A stretch of DNA of 64,000 nt from Alphaproteobacteria bacterium (GTDB taxonomy: Bacteria > Pseudomonadota > Alphaproteobacteria > UBA828). The notes beneath the pieces were generated by a model. It was not told the origin of the DNA. It searched no databases and saw nothing but the letters and a program-made list of their open reading frames with translations. The stretch lies in contig CAXXMU010000002.1 in the NCBI GenBank assembly GCA_963667785.2, forward strand, positions 224,001 to 288,000, in the 5' to 3' direction. Positions 9,805-20,185 of this stretch are shown here, piece by piece. How positions within the stretch are numbered: position 1 is the first letter of the stretch; the number at the start of each line of letters is the position of its first letter. A program made the position numbers and the translations under genes.

Positions 9805-10614
9805 ATGACCGCTTCCCCCTCCGTGCAGGGTGACCGGGACCGGCCGGGTGCCGGCGCCATGCCGCGGGCAGCCCTGATCACCGGCGCCGCGGTGCGCATC
9901 GGCCGCACCGTTGCGGAGGCGCTCGCGCAGGACGGATGGGCCGTCGCGGTGCATCATCACGGGTCGCAGGAGGCTGCCGGCAGCGTGGTCGCGGGCATCG
10001 AGAGCGGCGGCGGCCGCGCCGTGGCGCTCCGCGCCGATCTCGCCGAGGAGGCCGAGGTCGAGACCCTGGTGGCGCGGGCGGTTGACGCGATCGGGCCGCT
10101 CGGCTGCCTCGTCAACAACGCCTCCGTCTTCGACTACGACGACATGGAGAGCGCGGACCGGGCGGGCTGGGAGCGCCACATGGCGGTCAATCTGCGCGCG
10201 CCCTTCGTGCTGATGCAGGCCTTCGCGGCCGCATTGCCGGCGGGGGCGGAGGGGTGCGTCGTCAACGTGATCGACCAGCGCGTCTGGAACCTGACGCCGC
10301 ACTTCGTGTCCTACACGCTCAGCAAGGCCGGCCTGTGGACGCTCACGCAGACGGCGGCGCTCGCGCTCGCGCCGCGCATCCGGGTGAACGGCATCGGCCC
10401 CGGCCCGACGCTGCCCAGCGTCCGCCAGAGCCGCGAGCACTTCGCCGCGCAATACGAGGCCACGCCGCTGCAACGCAGCGTCGCGCCGGCCGACATCGCC
10501 GACGGCATACGCTTCATCCTCGGCGCGCGCGCGCTCACCGGGCAGATGATCGCGCTGGACAGCGGCCAGCACCTCGGCTGGGCGATGCCGAAGGGGGAAC
10601 GGATCCTGGAATGA
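9805..10614 (+). CDS. Short-chain dehydrogenase, pteridine reductase/FolM-like (alternative start 9859)
   Basis: ITGAAVRIG, LVNNAS, YTLSK, RVNGIGPG, GQMIALDSG; coupled to folB. Confidence 0.8.
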   Translation: MTASPSVQGDRDRPGAGAMPRAALITGAAVRIGRTVAEALAQDGWAVAVHHHGSQEAAGSVVAGIESGGGRAVALRADLAEEAEVETLVARAVDAIGPLGCLVNNASVFDYDDMESADRAGWERHMAVNLRAPFVLMQAFAAALPAGAEGCVVNVIDQRVWNLTPHFVSYTLSKAGLWTLTQTAALALAPRIRVNGIGPGPTLPSVRQSREHFAAQYEATPLQRSVAPADIADGIRFILGARALTGQMIALDSGQHLGWAMPKGERILE

Positions 10615-11009
10615 CCGCAACAGACCCGACGGCGCGCTCCGAATCCGGGCGGCGCTGCCTGCTGATCCACGATCTGGTCGTGCTCTGCTCGATCGGCGTC
10701 CACCCGCACGAGCACCACCGCACCCAACGGGTGCGCATCAATGCCCGGGTCCGGGTGGCCGACGCGGACGGGCCGCTGGACGACCGCATCGCCAACGTCG
10801 TCTCCTACGAGACGATCGTGGACGGCATCCGCGCCATCATCGCTGGCGGCCACATCAATCTGGTGGAGACGCTGGCCGACCGTATCGTCGATCTCTGCCT
10901 CGCCAACCCTCGCGTGCGCGGCGCGTGGGTGCGGCTCGAGAAGCTCGACCTCTACCCGGATGCCGACGGGGTCGGCGTCGAGGTCGAGCGGAACCGCGAC
11001 GAGGTCTAG
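10611..11009 (+). CDS. folB: Dihydroneopterin aldolase
   Basis: IGVHPHE..TQRVRIN, VVSYE, HINLVETLA, VRLEK, GVGVEVER. Confidence 0.88.
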   Translation: MTATDPTARSESGRRCLLIHDLVVLCSIGVHPHEHHRTQRVRINARVRVADADGPLDDRIANVVSYETIVDGIRAIIAGGHINLVETLADRIVDLCLANPRVRGAWVRLEKLDLYPDADGVGVEVERNRDEV

Positions 11010-11065
11010 GCTACCAGGCTAACCCAGCACCCGGCCGGCGACGGCGTCGAGGCGTCGCACCAGCT

Positions 11066-11914
11066 CTAACCCAGAGCCGGATCGCGGGCTTCCGGCGCCG
11101 TGATCAGCGCGTTCTCCAGTGCCCGGTCGCAGCCGGCGGGGCAGAGCGCTCGCTCGCCCGAGAGCGCCTCGCCCAGCGCCGCCACCAGACGGCGCGCGGC
11201 GGCCGCGTTCTCCTGCAGGGTGCGCACGATGGCCTCGACCGTGACGGCGGCGTGGTCCGGGTGCCAGCAGTCGTAGTCGGTCACCATCGCGACGGTCGCG
11301 TAGCAGATCTCCGCCTCGCGGGCGAGCTTGGCCTCTGGCATGTTGGTCATGCCGATCACCGCGCAGCCCCACTGCCGGTAGAGCTCCGATTCGGCCACCG
11401 TCGAGAACTGCGGCCCTTCCATCGCGAGATAGGTGCCGCCCCGGACGATGGCGAGGCCGACGTCCCCGCCGGCAGCCTGCAGGCGGTCGCCGAGGCGCGG
11501 GCACACGGGCTCGGCCATGGAGACATGGGCGGCGCAGCCGGCGCCGAAGAAGCTCTTCTCGCGCGCGACCGTGCGGTCGATGAACTGGTCGACGACGACG
11601 AACTCGCCCGGCGCGATGTCCTCGCGCAGGCTGCCCACCGCGCTGAGCGAGACGATATCGGTCACGCCCGCGCGCTTGAGGGCGTCGATATTGGCGCGGT
11701 AGTCGACCGCATCGGGCGGCAGCCCGTGGCCCCGGCCGTGGCGCGGCAGGAACACCATCTCGATGCCCCCGAGCCGCCCCAGGAGAAGGGAATCCGACGG
11801 CGTGCCGAAGGGTGAGCGGACCTCGATCCGCTCGGTCTCGCTCAGTCCCTCGATCTCGTAGAGGCCGCTGCCGCCGATGACGCCCAGGCGGACCGGGGTG
11901 GTCTGTTCGGCCAC
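11066..11914 (-). CDS. mtnP: S-methyl-5'-thioadenosine phosphorylase, C-terminus shortened by an 11-bp insertion
   Basis: GVIGGSGLY, FLPRHGRGH, MEGPQFST, GMTNMPEAKLAREAE, VTDYDCW; the expected tail ELVRRLDAVAGRVLG lies out of frame at 11019-11066. Confidence 0.88.
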   Translation of the reverse strand: MAEQTTPVRLGVIGGSGLYEIEGLSETERIEVRSPFGTPSDSLLLGRLGGIEMVFLPRHGRGHGLPPDAVDYRANIDALKRAGVTDIVSLSAVGSLREDIAPGEFVVVDQFIDRTVAREKSFFGAGCAAHVSMAEPVCPRLGDRLQAAGGDVGLAIVRGGTYLAMEGPQFSTVAESELYRQWGCAVIGMTNMPEAKLAREAEICYATVAMVTDYDCWHPDHAAVTVEAIVRTLQENAAAARRLVAALGEALSGERALCPAGCDRALENALITAPEARDPALG

Positions 11915-11933
11915 GGACGCCCGCTAGCCCAGG

Positions 11934-12602
11934 CTAGCCCAGGTGGCGCGCGAGGTGGGCGAGGGAGCGGTCACGGGCGAGCGCGGCGGCATCAGGGTGG
12001 TAGTCCGCCCGCTGGTCGCAGTTGAAGCCGTGGCCCGCGCCCTGATAGACGTGCACCGCCACGTCGGGGTGGGTCGTCTTGATCTCGTCCACGTCGGCCA
12101 TCGGGATGCCCGCATCCTCGGTGCCGAAATGGAGCATGGTCGGGCAGCCCGGCGCCTCGCCCACGAACTCGATGATCTGGCCGCCGTAGTAGCCGACCGC
12201 CGTGTCGATCTCCAGCCGGCAGGCGGAGAGCCAGGCGAGCGAGCCGCCCCAGCAGTAGCCCACAACGCCTATCTTCGCCGCGCCCTCGAGCGCGTCGACG
12301 CCGGCCTTGATGTCCATGACGGGGCCTTCCCAGCCGATATCGGCCTTGAGCGCGCGGCCCTCGTCCACCGTCTCCGCGCTGTAGCCCAGCTCGATGCCGG
12401 CTTTCTTGCGGTCGAAGAGCGCCGGTGCCAGCACCAGGTAGCCCTGGGCCGCGTAGTCGTCGCACACCGAGCGGATATGGCCGTTGACCCCGAATATCTC
12501 CTGCACGAGCACGAGGGCTGCGCGCGCCTCGCCGTCGGGCGCGGCCCGGTATGCGTCGAGAACGTGACCGTCGTCCGCGGTCAGCCGGACAACTGCGCCC
12601 AT
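11934..12602 (-). CDS. Dienelactone hydrolase family protein
   Basis: QEIFGVN, GYCWGG nucleophile, AGHGFNCD. Confidence 0.9.
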   Translation of the reverse strand: MGAVVRLTADDGHVLDAYRAAPDGEARAALVLVQEIFGVNGHIRSVCDDYAAQGYLVLAPALFDRKKAGIELGYSAETVDEGRALKADIGWEGPVMDIKAGVDALEGAAKIGVVGYCWGGSLAWLSACRLEIDTAVGYYGGQIIEFVGEAPGCPTMLHFGTEDAGIPMADVDEIKTTHPDVAVHVYQGAGHGFNCDQRADYHPDAAALARDRSLAHLARHLG

Positions 12603-12699
12603 CGGGGGTGCCTCCCTTTTCCACTGTTCTGCCGCGCGTCTGCGCGCGCGTGGTGTTCACATAGCAGATGGGGCAAGGCCGTGCCACATGTTGGGCGGG

Positions 12700-13803
12700 T
12701 TAGACGTTGAAGCGGAACAGCATGACGTCGCCGTCGCGGACCACGTAGGCGCGGCCCTCCTGGCGCATGCGGCCGGCGCTGCGGGCGGCATGGTCGCCGC
12801 CGAGCGCGATCAGCTCGTCGGCTGCGATCGTCTCCGCACAGATGAAGCCGCGGGCGAAGTCGGTGTGGACGCGTCCCGCCGCCTCGACCGCGGTGCTGCC
12901 TGCGACGATGGGCCAGGCGCGGGCTTCCGTCTCCGTGGCGGTGATGAAGCGGATCAGGCCCAGCAGCCGGTGGCCGGCCTGGATCACCCGGTCGAGGCCC
13001 GGCGCCTCGAGCCCGATCGCGTCGAGGAACGCAGCCTTCTCGACGGGATCGTCGAGCTGGGCGATCTCCGCCTCGATCGCAGCCGAGATCATGACATGCC
13101 CGGCGCCCGCAGCGTCGGCGTGGGCTCCCACCGCGTCGCTCATGGCGTTGCCTGCGGCCGCGCTCTCCTCGTCGACGTTGCTGACGTAGAGGACCGGCTT
13201 CGTGCTGAGCAGGTTCAGCGCCGCGAGCGCGTGCCGGGTCGCCTCGTCCGCCGTATCGGGCGCGCGTGCCGGGCGGCCGCTCTCGACCAGCGCGAGCGCC
13301 GGCTCTATCGCCGCGAGCCGCTCTTGCGCTTCCCTGTCGCCGCCGCGGGCACGCTTCAGCGCGCCGTCGCGCTGGCGTTCCAGGCTCTCCAGGTCCGCCA
13401 GCAGGAGCTCGGTCTCGATCAGGGCGATGTCGTGCAGGGGATCGACGGCGCCGGGGCCGTGCGCCACCTGATCGTCTTCGAAGCAGCGGACCAGGTGGAG
13501 CAGCGCGTCGGCCTCACGCACATGACCGAGGAAGCGGTTGCCCAGCCCTTCGCCCGTGCTGGCGCCGGCGACCAGGCCGGCGATATCGACCACCTCCAGC
13601 ACACTCGGCACCACCTTGCGCGAGCCCGCGAGCCGCGCCACCCCGACCAGCGCCTCGTCCGGCACGGGCGCGAGCCCGACGTTGGGGTCGACGGTGCAGA
13701 AGGGATAGTTGCCGACCTCGGCCGCGCCGCTCCCCACCAACGCGTTGAAGAGCGTGGACTTGCCCACGTTGGGCAGACCCACGATGCCGCACCTAAAGCC
13801 CAT
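12700..13803 (-). CDS. ychF: Redox-regulated ATPase YchF
   Basis: GIVGLPNVGKST, NYPFCT, DIAGLV, GEGLGNRFL, VHTDFARGFI, DGDVMLFRFNV. Confidence 0.93.
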   Translation of the reverse strand: MGFRCGIVGLPNVGKSTLFNALVGSGAAEVGNYPFCTVDPNVGLAPVPDEALVGVARLAGSRKVVPSVLEVVDIAGLVAGASTGEGLGNRFLGHVREADALLHLVRCFEDDQVAHGPGAVDPLHDIALIETELLLADLESLERQRDGALKRARGGDREAQERLAAIEPALALVESGRPARAPDTADEATRHALAALNLLSTKPVLYVSNVDEESAAAGNAMSDAVGAHADAAGAGHVMISAAIEAEIAQLDDPVEKAAFLDAIGLEAPGLDRVIQAGHRLLGLIRFITATETEARAWPIVAGSTAVEAAGRVHTDFARGFICAETIAADELIALGGDHAARSAGRMRQEGRAYVVRDGDVMLFRFNV

Positions 13804-14482
13804 CTCCGGGCTCCGGCGGCCGGCCCGTGGCCACCCGCTCCGTCTCCTCCCGTCTCGTGCCCGGAGGTGGGGCGAGCAGGGCCACCCGGCTCATGAAGCC
13901 GCTGGCGTCGCCGGCCATCAGTAGGGGAAAGGCGTCGACGATGGCATCCAGGGTCCGGGGCAGCCACGCCCTGTCGGCGGCGGCGAAGTTGGAGAGAACG
14001 TAGCGCTGCATCAGGTCCCGGTCGTCGGGGCGGCCGATGCCGATCCGCACCCGCCAGAACTCGGCGCCGACATGCGCGCGGATGCTTCTCAGGCCGTTGT
14101 GGCCGGCGACGCCGCCACCGCATCGCGCGCGCACCTTGCCGCAGGCCAGATCGACTTCGTCGTGCAGGACGATGACGGCCGCAGGCTCCAGGCGATGGAA
14201 GCGGAGCGCGGCACCGACGGCGCGGCCGGACTCGTTCATGTAGGTCTGCGGCTTGAGCGCGAGAACGGCGTCGTCGCCCACGCGGCCCTCTGCGATCTCC
14301 GCGTGGAAGCGGGTGCGCCGCCTGAAGGTGCCGAAGCCGTGCGCGCCCGCCAGCGCGTCGAGCGCCATGAAGCCGACATTATGCCGGTGCCCGGCCGCAT
14401 CCGCGCCGGGATTGCCGAGGCCGACCAGCAGGCGGGCGGGCGCACCCGCCGGGGCGGCGCGGGAGCGGCGGAAGAAGGCCGT
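13793..14482 (-). CDS. pth: Peptidyl-tRNA hydrolase (start uncertain)
   Basis: LLVGLGNPG, RHNVGF, KPQTYMNESG, HDEVD, GHNGLRSI, RVRIGIGRP. Confidence 0.88.
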   Translation of the reverse strand, partial: TAFFRRSRAAPAGAPARLLVGLGNPGADAAGHRHNVGFMALDALAGAHGFGTFRRRTRFHAEIAEGRVGDDAVLALKPQTYMNESGRAVGAALRFHRLEPAAVIVLHDEVDLACGKVRARCGGGVAGHNGLRSIRAHVGAEFWRVRIGIGRPDDRDLMQRYVLSNFAAADRAWLPRTLDAIVDAFPLLMAGDASGFMSRVALLAPPPGTRREETERVATGRPPEPGDGL

Positions 14483-14483
14483 G

Positions 14484-15167
14484 CTATGACTCCTCGCCGT
14501 CGTCGGCAGGCGCGGCCTCGGCATCCTCCTCCGCACCTTCCTCGCCGTCCACCTCTTCGTCGCCCTCCTCGCCTTCCTCTTCCTCGACCGGCTCGACGAT
14601 GATCGTGGGCGCGGCGATGGTAGCGACGGTGAAGTCACGGTCCGTGATGGCGGGCGTGACGCCTTCGGGCAGGTCGATGTCGCTGATGTGGATGCTGTCG
14701 CCGATCTCGCGCCCGGCGACGTCGGCCACGATATGCTCGGGGATCGCCTCGATCGGGCAGACGAGCTCGACTTCGTGGCGGACGATATTCAGGACGCCGC
14801 CCCGCTTCAGGCCCTCGCTTTCCTCCTGACCCACGAACAGCACCTCCACCGAGACCGCCATGGTGGCGCCCGCGACATAGCGGATGAAGTCGATGTGGAT
14901 CGGCGCGTCGGTCACCGGGTCGACCTGAACGTCGCGGGCGAGGACGCGCACCGTGTCGTCGCCGATCTTGAGGTCGTAGAGGCGGGCGAAGAAGCCGCGC
15001 CGGTTGAGCTCGCGTTCGAGCATGTTGTGATCAAGGGAGACGCAGAGCGGCTCGCCGTCGCCGCCATAGACGATGGCCGGCGTGCGGCCGTCGCGCCGCA
15101 GCGCCCGCGCGCCTCCCTTGCCACGCGGCTCGCGCGGCTGTGCATCGATGACTGCTTGCTCGCTCAT
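14484..15167 (-). CDS. rplY: 50S ribosomal protein L25/general stress protein Ctc
   Basis: GKGGARALRR, PAIVYG, HIDF, GLKRGG, GDSIH, acidic tail. Confidence 0.95.
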   Translation of the reverse strand: MSEQAVIDAQPREPRGKGGARALRRDGRTPAIVYGGDGEPLCVSLDHNMLERELNRRGFFARLYDLKIGDDTVRVLARDVQVDPVTDAPIHIDFIRYVAGATMAVSVEVLFVGQEESEGLKRGGVLNIVRHEVELVCPIEAIPEHIVADVAGREIGDSIHISDIDLPEGVTPAITDRDFTVATIAAPTIIVEPVEEEEGEEGDEEVDGEEGAEEDAEAAPADDGEES

Positions 15168-15201
15168 GGTCCTGCTTTCCGGGAGTTCTGGCCCGCTCGC
15201 C

Positions 15202-16134
<933 letters not shown>

Positions 16135-16241
16135 CGATGACGGTTCCCTGGAGACTGCGACGGGGTGAGGCCTGCCGGGCCACGTCGCTGACCCTGAAGG
16201 CGCGCGGACTGTATCAATCCGCCCCCGCCCTGTAAACGGCG

Positions 16242-17414
16242 TTACCGAACGGTTACCGAGGGCTCGATCGGCGCTCCCACCGTCGTCTCGGGCACGATGC
16301 GAGCGTCGACCGTCACCAGGGGCTCGATCGGCGCCTCGACCGGGGCCGGAACGGCGCTCCGTGTCGCGACCGAGACCGGGGACGCGATAACCGACCGTGC
16401 CGCTATCGAGAGCGCGATCGGCGCTCTGGGCGCCACGTCGGGCGACAATTCGGGTGGCGCGGCAGGCTGCAATTCGGGCTGCGCGGCGGGCGTCGTCGTG
16501 CGCTTCGTTGCAAGTGCAGTTGCGACCGGCGCGGCGCGGTGGAGAAGCTCGGCGATGCCGGGCGCGGCGGCGCTCGCAACGGTCTCCGCGAGCGAGGTCC
16601 ATGAGCCGGCCAGGCGCGCCCATCGCACCCGGTTGCTCTGGGTGACGGTGCCGATCCTGCTGCCGTCCGGCCGCAACAGCGTCCAGGCGATGGCGACCGC
16701 GGCGTCGCCTGCGGCCGCGCTGCCCGGTTCCACCGAGACGCGGCCGAGGATCTGGACCGTTGCCTCGTTTGGAACGTCGGCGACCGCGACGCCCGCACCG
16801 GCGAGGGAGCGACGCATGGCGCGCGCGAGCGCAGGCCCGCCGTCGCCCGGCGCGCCGTGGACCCCGGCCACGACCACGGGCGTCGTCACCGGGGCTCGGC
16901 GCGCTTCGTCCGCCGTCGGCGCGAGGGCGGCGGCGACGCGCCTCGCGGTCCGGTCCGCGATGGCCGCCAGATCCCGCGCCGTCGCGCCCTGCCACGCCCC
17001 GCCGGGGGCCGCCTCCTCGAAGCGGAGCGCGGTCTCGCCGCCGGGTGCGACCAGTGCCCAGCGCAACGCGCCGCTGACGGCCGACACCCGCCCCTCGAGC
17101 ACAATGCTGCTGCGGCTCGCCGGGCGTGCGCTCGCCGGCACCTCGCGCGCGTGCAATCCCTCCACGATGCCGCCCACCAGCGCGGACGAGAGCGATGCCG
17201 GCAGCCCGTCCGGCGGCCTCACCGCGACGCTGCCCCAAGTGGAGAGGCCGGCATCCGATTCGCCCGACCAGAGCGCCGCACTCTTCTCGGCCGGCTTGAA
17301 GGGTTGCGGCAGCGGGGTGCAGGCCGCCAGCGCCGCAGCGAGCATCGCGACCAGCGCACAGCGCAGCACCGTTCGCCGACAAGAGGCGCCGGCAGCACCC
17401 CGTGCCGTCGTCAT
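16242..17414 (-). CDS. Putative lipoprotein of unknown function with a Pro/Ala-rich repetitive C-terminal tail
   Basis: Lipobox LAAC after a hydrophobic stretch; [16 protein letters not shown] motifs; located between pgeF and prs. Confidence 0.6.
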   Translation of the reverse strand: MTTARGAAGASCRRTVLRCALVAMLAAALAACTPLPQPFKPAEKSAALWSGESDAGLSTWGSVAVRPPDGLPASLSSALVGGIVEGLHAREVPASARPASRSSIVLEGRVSAVSGALRWALVAPGGETALRFEEAAPGGAWQGATARDLAAIADRTARRVAAALAPTADEARRAPVTTPVVVAGVHGAPGDGGPALARAMRRSLAGAGVAVADVPNEATVQILGRVSVEPGSAAAGDAAVAIAWTLLRPDGSRIGTVTQSNRVRWARLAGSWTSLAETVASAAAPGIAELLHRAAPVATALATKRTTTPAAQPELQPAAPPELSPDVAPRAPIALSIAARSVIASPVSVATRSAVPAPVEAPIEPLVTVDARIVPETTVGAPIEPSVTVR

Positions 17415-17491
17415 GGTCCCGATACCGTCAGCACGCAGCTCGCCACCAGCCCGACGAACAAGAGCGCGCCGAAGATGATCACGTAGGGCAT
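17411..17491 (-). CDS. Putative 26-aa single-pass membrane microprotein
   Basis: [26 protein letters not shown]; ATG 1 nt after the pgeF stop, TGA overlaps the next ATG. Confidence 0.4.
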   Translation of the reverse strand: MPYVIIFGALLFVGLVASCVLTVSGP

Positions 17492-17492
17492 G

Positions 17493-18272
17493 TCAGGGCC
17501 CGAGCGCGACGATGGAGATGTTGCGCCCGTAATCCGCCTCGCCCAGCGCGCGGCTCCTGCGGTAGCTGAAGAAGCGGCCCGGCTCCGCGCAGGTATCGCC
17601 GCCGGTCGCCGCGACCGCCGCCAGCCCGAGCCGGCCCAAGCGGCGCCCGACATAGCCGGCGAGGTCGAAGCGGAAGCGCCCGTCCCGCTGCGCGGGCGCG
17701 AACAGGTCCTCGTCCTGCGGTCGCTGCGCGAGGAAGGGTCCCGGAAACTCGGGGCCGACCTCGTAGGAGGCCGCGCCGATGGCGGGGCCGATCACGGCGC
17801 GGATGCCGTCCGCCCGCGCGCCCAGGCCCTGCATGGCCTCGACGGCGGCCTCCAGCACGCCGTTCAGCGCACCGCGCCAGCCCGCGTGCGCAGCCCCGAT
17901 CACGCCCGCCTCGGAATCGGCCAGCAGCACCGGCACGCAGTCGGCGGTGAGGATCGCGAGCGCGAGGCCCGGCGTCGCCGTCGCCATGGCGTCGACCTTG
18001 GGCGCGTCCTCCCGTTTCCACGGCGCGCTCACCGCGAGCGCGCTGGCGCTGTGGACCTGATAGGCGGTGCAGAGCGAGTCCGGCGCCAGATCGCAGGCCG
18101 CGACCGCGCGGGCGCGGTTCTCGCCGACGGCCCCGGGATCGTCGCCCGAGCCCAGGCCGCAATTGAGGGAGCGGTAGAGACCCTCGCTGACCCCGCCTTC
18201 CCGGCCGAAGAAGCCGTGGCGGATGCGGCCGTCCGCGTCCTCCAGCAGCGCGTGGCGAATCGGCAGGGTCAT
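17493..18272 (-). CDS. pgeF: Peptidoglycan editing factor/purine nucleoside phosphorylase (YfiH/PgeF)
   Basis: HGFFGREGGVS, QVHS, TADCVPVL, AAHAGWRG, FFSYRR. Confidence 0.9.
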   Translation of the reverse strand: MTLPIRHALLEDADGRIRHGFFGREGGVSEGLYRSLNCGLGSGDDPGAVGENRARAVAACDLAPDSLCTAYQVHSASALAVSAPWKREDAPKVDAMATATPGLALAILTADCVPVLLADSEAGVIGAAHAGWRGALNGVLEAAVEAMQGLGARADGIRAVIGPAIGAASYEVGPEFPGPFLAQRPQDEDLFAPAQRDGRFRFDLAGYVGRRLGRLGLAAVAATGGDTCAEPGRFFSYRRSRALGEADYGRNISIVALGP

Positions 18273-19363
18273 TGCGCCGCCCGTTCCGGCTCGGCCTCGA
18301 AGCCGGGCGGGGCGCCGAGCGCCGGGTGGGCGATCGCCAGCGCCTTGAACAGCAAGCCCATGCCGTGTGCGCCCGTGAGGCGGCGGAGCGCGGCGTCGAT
18401 GGCCTCTGCCTGGCGGGCGCTCGCGTTCCGCCGCAGCACGGCGGCCCGCTCCTCGATCCCCAGCGACTCGAGGAACGCGCCCTGAGCTACCGGGCCGAGC
18501 ACGCCGGCGCCCGCCCGCCGCGCCGCCGCCGCCAGGGCGGAGAAGTCCACGTGCGCGGTAAGGTCGACGTCGCCGGGGTCATCCAGCACGCCGTGGCGGC
18601 GATGGCGGCGGAGCGCCTGCAGTGTGTCGCCGGTTCCCGGCCGCGCGTGCCCGTAGTCGACGATCAGCGCGGCCCCGCCTTCGGCCGCCACGCGGGCGGC
18701 CAGCGCGGCGGCCAGCGCCTCCCGCGCAGGCGCCCGCTCGACGATGGCGCCGGCTGGCGCATGCCCGAGCCTGCCGGCTTCGGCGCAGGGCGCGGGCGCG
18801 GCGGCGAAGCGGAACGCCTCCGACGAGGGCGCGAGGGCGACCACCCGCTCCCGCCAGTCGTCGTCGATCCGCTCGAACTGGCGGATCGGCAGGGCATCGA
18901 AGAACTCGTTGGCGACGACCAGGAGGGGGCCGGGCGGTACGGTCTCCAAGCGCTCGTGCCAGGCGGGGCGCGCCTCGGCGAGACGGGTCCGCTGTTCAGC
19001 GCGCAGGCTCTCGCTCGTCTCGACCAGATGCAGGTCGAGCGCTTCGAGAAACGCCGGCACGGTGCGCGCGGCGGGCAGCGCATCGGCCATGAGCGTGCCG
19101 CGACCGGGGCCGAGCTCGACCAGGCGGACGCGCGCCGGCGCACCCATGGCCCGCCAGACCGCGGCGCACCAGAGGCCGATGAGCTCGCCGAACATCTGGC
19201 TCGTCTCGGGCGCGGTGATAAAGTCCCCGGCGGCGCCGATCCGCTCGCCGCGGCGGTAATAGCCCAGCGTCGGGTGGCTCAGGCAGAGCTCCATGTAGGT
19301 GGCCACGCTGATCGGCCCGTCGCGCCGGATCCTCTCCCGTATCTCCGCAGCCAGCGCGGTCAT
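18269..19363 (-). CDS. SAM-dependent methyltransferase, MidA/NDUFAF7 family
   Basis: GDFITAPE.SQMFGE, ELGPGRGTL, ANEFFDALP, DLTAHVDF, MGLLFKA. Confidence 0.9.
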   Translation of the reverse strand: MTALAAEIRERIRRDGPISVATYMELCLSHPTLGYYRRGERIGAAGDFITAPETSQMFGELIGLWCAAVWRAMGAPARVRLVELGPGRGTLMADALPAARTVPAFLEALDLHLVETSESLRAEQRTRLAEARPAWHERLETVPPGPLLVVANEFFDALPIRQFERIDDDWRERVVALAPSSEAFRFAAAPAPCAEAGRLGHAPAGAIVERAPAREALAAALAARVAAEGGAALIVDYGHARPGTGDTLQALRRHRRHGVLDDPGDVDLTAHVDFSALAAAARRAGAGVLGPVAQGAFLESLGIEERAAVLRRNASARQAEAIDAALRRLTGAHGMGLLFKALAIAHPALGAPPGFEAEPERAAQ

Positions 19364-20175
19364 CGGTCGGCCCCGCCGTCGGACGGGCGCGCGGGCGGGG
19401 TACGGAGCAGCAGGAAGAGCCCGAGCGCCAGCATCGGCAGCGACAGCACCTGGCCCATGGTGAGGCCGGGCAGGATGAAGCCGAGGAAGGCATCCGGCTC
19501 GCGGAACAGCTCGCCCACGATGCGGGCCACGCCGTAGCCGAGGAAGAAGATACCGGCGAGCGTGCCGGGGCGGTCGGCCAGCCGCGTGAGATGAGCGACG
19601 GCGGCGAGCAGGGCGAACAGGAGGAACCCCTCCAGGACCGCCTCGTAGAGCTGGCTCGGGTGGCGCGGCTCGGGCCCGCCCGTCGGGAAGACCATCGCCC
19701 AGGACACATCGCTCGCCCGGCCGTAGAGCTCGCCGTTGATGAAGTTCGCGAGCCGGCCGAAGAGCAGCCCGATCGGCGCTGCGGCGCAGATCGCGTCGCC
19801 GATGGAGAGCAGGTTGATGCGCTTCGCACGGGCGTAGAGGACCGCGGTGACCAGCACCCCGAGAAGCCCGCCGTGGAAGGACATGCCGCCCTGCCAGATC
19901 AGCGGAATCTGCCCCGGATTGGCGAAGAAGAAACTCGGGTGATAGAACAGCACGTAGCCGAGCCGCCCGCCCACCACCACGCCGAGCGTGCACCAGACGA
20001 CGAGATCGTCGGCGTGGCGCTTGGTCAGCCCGGCGATGCGCTTCTCGGCGAGATAGCGCACGTACTGCCAGCCGAGCAGCAGGCCGAGGACGTAGGCCAG
20101 CGCGTACCAGCGAATGGCCAGCGGGCCGATCTCGACGGCCACCGGATCGATGGTGGGGAAGGCCAAGGCGAGCAT
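19360..20175 (-). CDS. lgt: Prolipoprotein diacylglyceryl transferase
   Basis: IRWYALAY, GGMSFHGG, GRLANFINGELYGR, RHPSQLYE. Confidence 0.96.
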   Translation of the reverse strand: MLALAFPTIDPVAVEIGPLAIRWYALAYVLGLLLGWQYVRYLAEKRIAGLTKRHADDLVVWCTLGVVVGGRLGYVLFYHPSFFFANPGQIPLIWQGGMSFHGGLLGVLVTAVLYARAKRINLLSIGDAICAAAPIGLLFGRLANFINGELYGRASDVSWAMVFPTGGPEPRHPSQLYEAVLEGFLLFALLAAVAHLTRLADRPGTLAGIFFLGYGVARIVGELFREPDAFLGFILPGLTMGQVLSLPMLALGLFLLLRTPPARPSDGGADR

Positions 20176-20185
20176 TATCGACCTC

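Noticed and set aside
12673-12686. Sigma-54-like TGGCACGGCCTTGC on the minus strand upstream of the dienelactone hydrolase gene
   Set aside because: Only 9 nt lie between GG and GC; sigma-54 promoters need 10
14484-14590. Repetitive TCCTC/GCC tract
   Set aside because: Encodes the ordinary acidic tail of L25/Ctc
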